A stretch of 64,000 nt of DNA, from IMG/VR virus record IMGVR_UViG_3300044715_000653. One strand, 5' to 3'. Source of the stretch: an uncultured virus (IMG/VR IMGVR_UViG_3300044715_000653). Taxonomy: Duplodnaviria; Heunggongvirae; Uroviricota; Caudoviricetes. The position numbers and the translations under genes were made by a program. The notes beneath the pieces are model-generated. The model was not told the DNA's origin. It saw only the letters and a program-made list of their open reading frames with translations, and made no database searches. Below are positions 57,653 to 64,000 of the stretch, in pieces (the first letter of the stretch is position 1; each line of letters opens with the position of its first letter).

Positions 57653-58258
57653 TTATTTTCCTTTAACTGGGCTTGGTATTTTATTTTGTACTGAGCCCAC
57701 TGGGCTTGTTGTTCCTTGTGGTAAATCATTTGTTGTTTTACCATCTGCCGGTTCGTTACCAGCAATTTCAAACTTAACTTTGTTTAATTCTTTAAGAAAA
57801 CTGCCTTGGCTGTATGCTTTACTGGCTTCTTCCCCACCGGCACATTCGTCAGCTGAATATTCTTTATCTAATACTGCTTCGCCTTTTTTAAATTCACGTA
57901 CATCGTTGCCTTCTAAATCCCAACGACGTTGTTCTTCTGGATGATTAGGTGCAGTTACAACAATATTACTTTGAGCAATACCCGCACGCTCACTAACAAT
58001 AGCACGCAATTGTGCATCATTTACTGGATATGTAAGTACAACATCCATTAGATAAATTTGACAATTTGCCATACTTGGAAAATCGATGTCGCTAGATTTA
58101 ATTGGCAAACGTTTAGCTTTACTAAGACTTTGTAAGCCATAAGCATCAAGTGCTGTTTCTAATGCTGCCAATTTGTCCGCTGGATCAATATTAGCAATTT
58201 TAATACGGAACTCATAGGTCTTTTGACTATCAGTTAAATGTTGCAGAAAATTCTTCAT
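57653..58258 (-). CDS. Hypothetical late structural protein
   Basis: MKNFLQHLTDS.KTYEFRIKIA; late motif upstream. Confidence 0.6.
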   Translation of the reverse strand: MKNFLQHLTDSQKTYEFRIKIANIDPADKLAALETALDAYGLQSLSKAKRLPIKSSDIDFPSMANCQIYLMDVVLTYPVNDAQLRAIVSERAGIAQSNIVVTAPNHPEEQRRWDLEGNDVREFKKGEAVLDKEYSADECAGGEEASKAYSQGSFLKELNKVKFEIAGNEPADGKTTNDLPQGTTSPVGSVQNKIPSPVKGK

Positions 58259-58300
58259 AGTTTTATATATCCTCACAGTTATTTATTCAAAATTGCTGTT

Positions 58301-58807
58301 TTAATCTGGCTTGCTTTTGCCTAATATCTGTGCTAATAGTGCGTTTCTGTCAAGAACTACACCTGTACTGCCATCTACTGCATCAAGCAATTTGTCACCG
58401 TCTGTTTTGCTGGCATCTTTGGCTGCTTGCTGATCTAAACGCATCTTTTTAAGTTGTAGGTCAATTGTACGTATCTTTCTATCAATCTTAGCTTGCTTTG
58501 CTGTAATTGCATGCCCTAGCAATGTACCCGCTGTAGCTAGTATGTGTCCGCTGAAACGTGCTTCGACGTTCATACCCAGATCCATAAGATCCTGGAATTT
58601 GTCTTTGGCTAGATCACTTAGCTCGTCTAGTTCTTTATCAGTTACATCTAAATCGTTAACATGTGGCAATGCCGCATCAATCTTATCAATGGTAAGATCC
58701 ATTTCTTCAATGAGGGCTCTATTTTCCTCGATAGTAGTATTGGCATCGTCTACTGAAGGTTCTTCAGTAGGAGCAAGGTTAAATAATTCTTGTAGTTTTT
58801 GGGTCAT
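58301..58807 (-). CDS. Possible terminase small subunit
   Basis: Helical 168 aa ending DRNALLAQI; packaging-region context. Confidence 0.35.
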   Translation of the reverse strand: MTQKLQELFNLAPTEEPSVDDANTTIEENRALIEEMDLTIDKIDAALPHVNDLDVTDKELDELSDLAKDKFQDLMDLGMNVEARFSGHILATAGTLLGHAITAKQAKIDRKIRTIDLQLKKMRLDQQAAKDASKTDGDKLLDAVDGSTGVVLDRNALLAQILGKSKPD

Positions 58808-58824
58808 AGTAAACTATTTATAGT

Positions 58825-59256
58825 TTAACGTTTGGTGTTTTTAAAAATATCAAATTCTGATACTACTCTAAACCGCATACCGTGTGATTTTGCCCATTGA
58901 TCTGCCATGGCCCATTTGGCTAGGTTAATTGCTACTGACAGTTTATCTCTATAGCTTTTAGCCGCTTCCATAGTTGTTTCTTTGCTGGGTTTAATTTCGA
59001 TAAGTTCTGTGTGGCGTTGCTGATTTGCATCTAAGTAGACTACAAGAAAATCCGGAATGTACACTGTATTCTTGCCAGTTACTGGATTGCGATATGGAAT
59101 AGTAATTGCTTCACTGGCCCAGTTAATTACAGATGGATTGTTGTCGCAAAATGACATAAACGTGAATTCCCAACTGGATCTGTATGTTGGTATACGTTTA
59201 CCAATATACTTCTCAGTATTTTTAATCTGAAATTTGCCGTTTGCGTATTTTGCCAT
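58825..59256 (-). CDS. Head completion nuclease (T4 gp4/TnsA-like)
   Basis: N..KY.G....YRSSWE..FM..CD.NP.V..WASE...IPY...Y.PDF...EIKP. Confidence 0.88.
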   Translation of the reverse strand: MAKYANGKFQIKNTEKYIGKRIPTYRSSWEFTFMSFCDNNPSVINWASEAITIPYRNPVTGKNTVYIPDFLVVYLDANQQRHTELIEIKPSKETTMEAAKSYRDKLSVAINLAKWAMADQWAKSHGMRFRVVSEFDIFKNTKR

Positions 59257-59624
59257 TATGCAAGGATAGATCGTGCTATGTATTTGTTTAGTTGCGGACT
59301 GTTACTAAGTCCTAATAGACTAGTGCCAACTCTATTTAGATTAAGGAACATTGTTAAGTATGCATTAAGTTCATTTTTATTTAATTTACGAAATTCATCT
59401 AGTATTGTCATTACATCTATATCTTGTGTTTGCGCTGTATATATCACAGCGGCCGCCAATGCAGCTCCGCTTTCTCTATTACCTGTTATGGTTTGAAAAT
59501 ATCCAACAACGGCATCATCGACATCCTGACTAATTGTATAATTAGGTTTGAAGAAATTATTAAAATAGGTTGTTGTGCTATTTGTATTAATATTATTGAG
59601 TGGTAAATTTCCAGTTACTGACAT
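59256..59624 (-). CDS. Hypothetical virion protein
   Basis: Coupled ORF in the tail module. Confidence 0.6.
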   Translation of the reverse strand: MSVTGNLPLNNINTNSTTTYFNNFFKPNYTISQDVDDAVVGYFQTITGNRESGAALAAAVIYTAQTQDIDVMTILDEFRKLNKNELNAYLTMFLNLNRVGTSLLGLSNSPQLNKYIARSILA

Positions 59625-59634
59625 ATTATTTCCT

Positions 59635-60681
59635 TTAATTCATATTACCCGAAGATCGTCTAACTCCACTTAATCCCGGGATAGCAGTAGTTGCTTTGGA
59701 TAACCCTGCTTGTACACTGGATATAGTTGGCACAAACACTGTACTTTGTGTATTTTGACCGCGCAATATATTTGTTGCAGTTTGTTTTAATTCAGCGGTT
59801 GCAGCAGATTTAATATCAGTATTTTTAAGATTCCTGCCTGTGCGCAATGCACCCAGTGCTGCGGCGCCAAAGTTGCCCGCGGCTAAATTAGTTAGTACAT
59901 CTCCCGCACCCTGTACTACACCGCCTTGTCCAAATATGCTATTGGTGCCTCCGCCTAAACTTGTTAACGGGCTGGCTGTTTTATCATAATGAAGTTGCGC
60001 AAATCCTTGTACTTTGCCGCTGGCCACTGGTCCTGATTCATAATGTATTGCTTCATATGCTACAGTCATACTATGTTCAATAGGGCTATAATCACCGGCA
60101 GTATGTTGTCCATGTGCAAAACTTTGTATTGTTGGATTTATTAAAATATAACTACTAAATGATTTCTGATGTAGACTATAAATTCGAATAGCTGTTATAT
60201 AATTAGGTGCACCTGTGCCGTTGGCCAATGGGCTAAATCCCCAGTTCTGCGAAGTACGTTTTTTATATTTAGATTCTTGTTTATATACCTGCTCTTGCTG
60301 TTCCCAATCTCTATAATAGTATTGATAATAGCCCTGCCAAAAATCACGTACTACGTTAGAACTATCATCATGGAATGTAAGACTAACTGGATCATAGTTA
60401 ATTCTTTCTTGGTGAATCATTTTTCTATTGTATGCGTTTAATACTTTATTTTGTACTGTAAATTTAGGCAAGGTAACTGTTTTTGCCATCATGCCAATTT
60501 CGGTATTATCACCGGGTTTTATGTTTGGGTTGATATCAATGAACACATGGAACATCGTTCCAATTTTGGGACTAAGTCTATATAAGCCATCAACAAAAGT
60601 CTTAGAGGCATGTTGCCAGTCTTTTATATTGTCGCCTGTGCCTAATTGTGTTAATAGTTGGTTAAAGAATCCGGCTGCCAT
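59635..60681 (-). CDS. Tail-tube-like baseplate/tube initiator protein
   Basis: KTVTLPKF, YDPVSLTFHDD, L.NP.I.SF....H, MTVAYE: gp19/gp54-like fold. Confidence 0.65.
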   Translation of the reverse strand: MAAGFFNQLLTQLGTGDNIKDWQHASKTFVDGLYRLSPKIGTMFHVFIDINPNIKPGDNTEIGMMAKTVTLPKFTVQNKVLNAYNRKMIHQERINYDPVSLTFHDDSSNVVRDFWQGYYQYYYRDWEQQEQVYKQESKYKKRTSQNWGFSPLANGTGAPNYITAIRIYSLHQKSFSSYILINPTIQSFAHGQHTAGDYSPIEHSMTVAYEAIHYESGPVASGKVQGFAQLHYDKTASPLTSLGGGTNSIFGQGGVVQGAGDVLTNLAAGNFGAAALGALRTGRNLKNTDIKSAATAELKQTATNILRGQNTQSTVFVPTISSVQAGLSKATTAIPGLSGVRRSSGNMN

Positions 60682-60711
60682 TTGTGCTATCCATTTATAT
60701 TATTTATCGCC

Positions 60712-60742
60712 AAAAAAAAAGCCCGGTAATAACCAGGCTTTT
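60712..60742 (-). terminator. Intrinsic terminator after tail tube
   Basis: AAAAGCCTGG-TTATTA-CCGGGCTTTTTTTT. Confidence 0.8.
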
Positions 60743-60763
60743 AAGTTGTTTCATTTACGGGTA

Positions 60764-61381
60764 TTAACCAGTAATTGTGCTGCCCAACGTTCTTGCAACA
60801 ATACTACCAACACCGGTACCAACTGGAGTTTGGATAGCATTATCATAACGAATTGTTAAACTAATTGTCATAGGATCATTTGTACCGTAGTTAGAATCAC
60901 CGTAGTCTGCACTTGACAAGTAGCAACCATATAATTCCCATGATTCAAGAATAGTTGGCTCACTTGCGCCGTTGCCGCCATCTAAGGCTTCCCAACGTGT
61001 GACGAATTTATAGTCAATACCACTAGATGCACTAGATTGTTCCATAAAGTCAAATTGTTTCTGTAGTTGCTCACCAACACGTTTGCTAACTTCACCAGAT
61101 GCATCATCACGTAGTTGGCAAGTAACTGCGGTCCACGTTGGTTTGCCTGCTAGATAGACTTTACTGTTATACACTGGAATTAAAATTTCTTCAAATTCTA
61201 ATGTCGGACGTTTAAAATCCATAACTTGTTTAGTTAACTCAGTTGATGGTTGACTAACACCAAAGTTCTCAAATGTTACGCGAAAGCGGAACTTTAATTT
61301 AGGCATTAACAAACCTTGTGCGCTGGCGCTTTGGTTTGTACTTAGCGGTACGGTAAACTTGCTCAATGATGATGTTGCCAT
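60764..61381 (-). CDS. Tail tube protein (gp19-like)
   Basis: PKLKFRFRV, YLAGK.TW, LRDD, WELYGC, LTIRYDNA; follows sheath. Confidence 0.85.
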   Translation of the reverse strand: MATSSLSKFTVPLSTNQSASAQGLLMPKLKFRFRVTFENFGVSQPSTELTKQVMDFKRPTLEFEEILIPVYNSKVYLAGKPTWTAVTCQLRDDASGEVSKRVGEQLQKQFDFMEQSSASSGIDYKFVTRWEALDGGNGASEPTILESWELYGCYLSSADYGDSNYGTNDPMTISLTIRYDNAIQTPVGTGVGSIVARTLGSTITG

Positions 61382-61464
61382 CTTAGTATTCCTTTTATAT
61401 ATTTAGTTCTTTCTTAGTACATAACTAGGGAAGTCACCTTCCCCATTATGTGCGTACTTTATTA

Positions 61465-64000
61465 TTAAACTCCAGCTGCAATGCCACCTGTATTTTTCAA
61501 TCGTACCGGAATGTAGATGAATTCAATTGCTTTAACTGGCTCAATTGCAATATCAACATACAATTCATTACGGTCGATTCGATCCGGTGTGTTGTTACTT
61601 GTATCACAAACTACCAAGTAGTCATAGATACCACGTTTAGCAACTACATCATTAAGTACTGATTCAAATGCTTGTTTAACTTGGTTACGTGTAATTGTAT
61701 CGTTTGGTTCAAATATGAACGGACGAGCAACTTCATCTAATACTTTACGTAAGTAACATACTAAACGAGCAACGTTAATACGATCCATTGCACTTGTTAA
61801 TGCTGAACGAGTTTTTTGACCGTAGTTTACTAAACCAACACCTGGTAATACTGTAATTGGGTTAACTCTTTGTGTGTACAATACATCACGTAGACCAGCA
61901 GTAACACCAATGCTACGGAACGCATTACCGTCTGTTGTGTCAACATAACCAATTGCACTAACATTATCAATTAAGCCACGACGTACACCAGCTGGTGCAA
62001 ACCATGGATAGCTAACATTGTCGCTACGAAGAATTGTACGTAACATCATATGGCTCGGAGGAACAACAACACTTTCGCCACCTAAGTCTGTACCTAAACC
62101 GCTTGGATAGAACACACCTAAGTATTCACTTGAGCTTACTAAACCATTCATACCGTTATCAAATGCAAGATTTTGATTGCTTGCCCATGCTTCAATTTGT
62201 GTTGAAGCTGAATTTAATGTAAGCGGACTATCACCAATAATAAATGCAGTTTGTTTACGATCGTTATTTAAAGTAATCATGTTAGTGATTAACTCTGGAT
62301 AACCAGGAGCACAAATTAAGTTAAACTGTACTTGTTCTTCACGTAATGCAACGCTTGATTCAATTGCTGACTTCATAGCTTCAACAATAACATTGCGAAC
62401 TGCTTTATGTCCAAAGTAAGGAACTAAGTTTTCATCAACACCGCTGTTACTTACCCATGTTGCATCTTGAGTTTGGCCTGCTTTAGTAGAAGTTGCAAAA
62501 TATGTGCTTTCGAAACGTTTAACACCGTAACCACTACGACGTGTATTAAACAATAATGTACCACGTGAGTATAGTTGGTAGTCTGGACAATCATCATCTA
62601 ACCAACTACTTGATGCTAAATCGGTAATGCTAGGAATAGCATCGACAATTGGATTTGTAGTACCGTTATAGCTCCAACGTGCATCAGCAAATAATACACC
62701 ATCAGCACTAACTTGATCTGTATTGTCTAATAAATCCCATGTAGAACCATTGTAACGATAAATTACAGGATAATTTTCTAAATCGCCTGTGTCAATCCAC
62801 AATTCACCTGCTGTAACTGCTGTCGAGCCATCACTTTGTGTGGTCGGTTGTGTTGGGCTTAAAATTGGACCTGCTGGATCAGTAGCCGTTAAATCGTATC
62901 CACGTGCATCGTTGGCTACAGTTTTGTAACCTTTCCAATTAACTCCGTCGTTAATCATAATATCAACTTCAAGTGCTGAATTGTAGTACCATAATGTACC
63001 ATCTGCTGGATTGCTATATGGTTCTGTAGTTGAGTACGTATATGTTAACGGAGTGAACGGGCTAGCCAAGTAAATAGTACCTGCTGATATTTCTTGCATA
63101 TTGCTGTCATTAGTTAATCCTGCGTCTGCTAGCGGAGTACCTGATGTTTGTGTAAATTTAATAGTACCACCAGCAAGATGACTAATACTAATTGCACCAG
63201 CTGTTGTAACTAATGCAACAATGTTTGGTAAGTTTGCTGCTAAAATGTCACCAACTAAACTTGCCGCAGTTGTACCGCTTAAATTAATAGTTGCAGATTG
63301 TGTAACAGTTGTTCCTGGTACACTAACTTCCATAATAAATGCATCGTTGGCATCAAATGTAATTGGGCTTACTGGAGTTGTACCTGTTACATTTACTAAA
63401 CCAGATACGTTTTTAACGTATGGTTTAAATGTGCCTGTTGTTGTACCTAATGTATCATATTTAACATACACTGTACCAACTGCAATTTGGCCACCGCCGC
63501 CAACTAAATCTAATCCATTAATTGCTGTTGTATCGCTAGAAAACAACGGTGCTGCTAATAGGTTCCATGAATCTAACAGTGCGCTGTATTGTTTAATACC
63601 CCAGTTTGCACCGTTACCAGTAGCTGATGTTTTAAGCCAAATACTACCAAATGGACGTGGAGTTTGATCACTTGTTCTCCAAGCTGGAGTATTACGATAT
63701 GTATCAAATGTTATTGTCGGACCATTAAATGTCACAACGTTAGCATCGGTGCTAGAAAGTAGACCAAGTGTCACAGCACAGTCAACGTTGCCTACACCTA
63801 ATGTAGTTCCTTTAGCAATTGTTAATTGACCGTTTGGAAGTGACAAGTTACCGCTTGATGCAGCTAAACTATTAATACGTAATTCAATTTGTCCAGCAAC
63901 GTTAACTGTTGAAATAACATTCTTGCCGCTCATTGCAGTATTAATATCAATATTTGCACTAGCAACTGTAGTACCATTTATAGTAATTGGTACACCATTT
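61465..64000 (-). CDS. Contractile tail sheath protein (gp18-like), 5' part outside window
   Basis: PWFAPAG.RRG, LY..RVNPI, GQKT, DRINVARL, FIFEPND..TR, VCD.SNNT..IDRNEL..DI.IEP.K.IEFI. Confidence 0.93.
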   Translation of the reverse strand, partial: NGVPITINGTTVASANIDINTAMSGKNVISTVNVAGQIELRINSLAASSGNLSLPNGQLTIAKGTTLGVGNVDCAVTLGLLSSTDANVVTFNGPTITFDTYRNTPAWRTSDQTPRPFGSIWLKTSATGNGANWGIKQYSALLDSWNLLAAPLFSSDTTAINGLDLVGGGGQIAVGTVYVKYDTLGTTTGTFKPYVKNVSGLVNVTGTTPVSPITFDANDAFIMEVSVPGTTVTQSATINLSGTTAASLVGDILAANLPNIVALVTTAGAISISHLAGGTIKFTQTSGTPLADAGLTNDSNMQEISAGTIYLASPFTPLTYTYSTTEPYSNPADGTLWYYNSALEVDIMINDGVNWKGYKTVANDARGYDLTATDPAGPILSPTQPTTQSDGSTAVTAGELWIDTGDLENYPVIYRYNGSTWDLLDNTDQVSADGVLFADARWSYNGTTNPIVDAIPSITDLASSSWLDDDCPDYQLYSRGTLLFNTRRSGYGVKRFESTYFATSTKAGQTQDATWVSNSGVDENLVPYFGHKAVRNVIVEAMKSAIESSVALREEQVQFNLICAPGYPELITNMITLNNDRKQTAFIIGDSPLTLNSASTQIEAWASNQNLAFDNGMNGLVSSSEYLGVFYPSGLGTDLGGESVVVPPSHMMLRTILRSDNVSYPWFAPAGVRRGLIDNVSAIGYVDTTDGNAFRSIGVTAGLRDVLYTQRVNPITVLPGVGLVNYGQKTRSALTSAMDRINVARLVCYLRKVLDEVARPFIFEPNDTITRNQVKQAFESVLNDVVAKRGIYDYLVVCDTSNNTPDRIDRNELYVDIAIEPVKAIEFIYIPVRLKNTGGIAAGV

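Overview
The window is a gene-dense, AT-rich segment of a large lytic T4-like (probably jumbo) myovirus, with almost all genes on the minus strand. From left to right it contains: tail-fibre/adhesin genes (LamG, glycine-rich, Mtd-N, collagen-like); replication genes (miniature DnaE-like protein, gp62-like, UvsW); formate-THF ligase; an early-gene block with consensus sigma70 promoters; an inverted cassette (aminoacyl-tRNA transferase-like plus amidinotransferase) facing a small Cys peptide; an NDP-sugar/methyl/glycosyltransferase cluster; a TauD-family dioxygenase; a porin; SAH hydrolase; an array of 20 tRNAs interleaved with structured non-coding stretches, a radical SAM gene and an RNAP omega-like gene; UvsY/UvsX/gp32; terminase; head-associated proteins; and tail tube and sheath. 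Fhs, AhcY and the porin hint at a proteobacterial, possibly methylotrophic, host (inference). The most striking unexplained element is an attenuator-like leader in front of the tRNA array. It is a 43-codon peptide using 19 amino acids and 32 different codons, and its 3' end can form an antiterminator that competes with an intrinsic terminator, so it is a candidate general tRNA-depletion sensor. All calls come from reading motifs by eye; no database searches were run.
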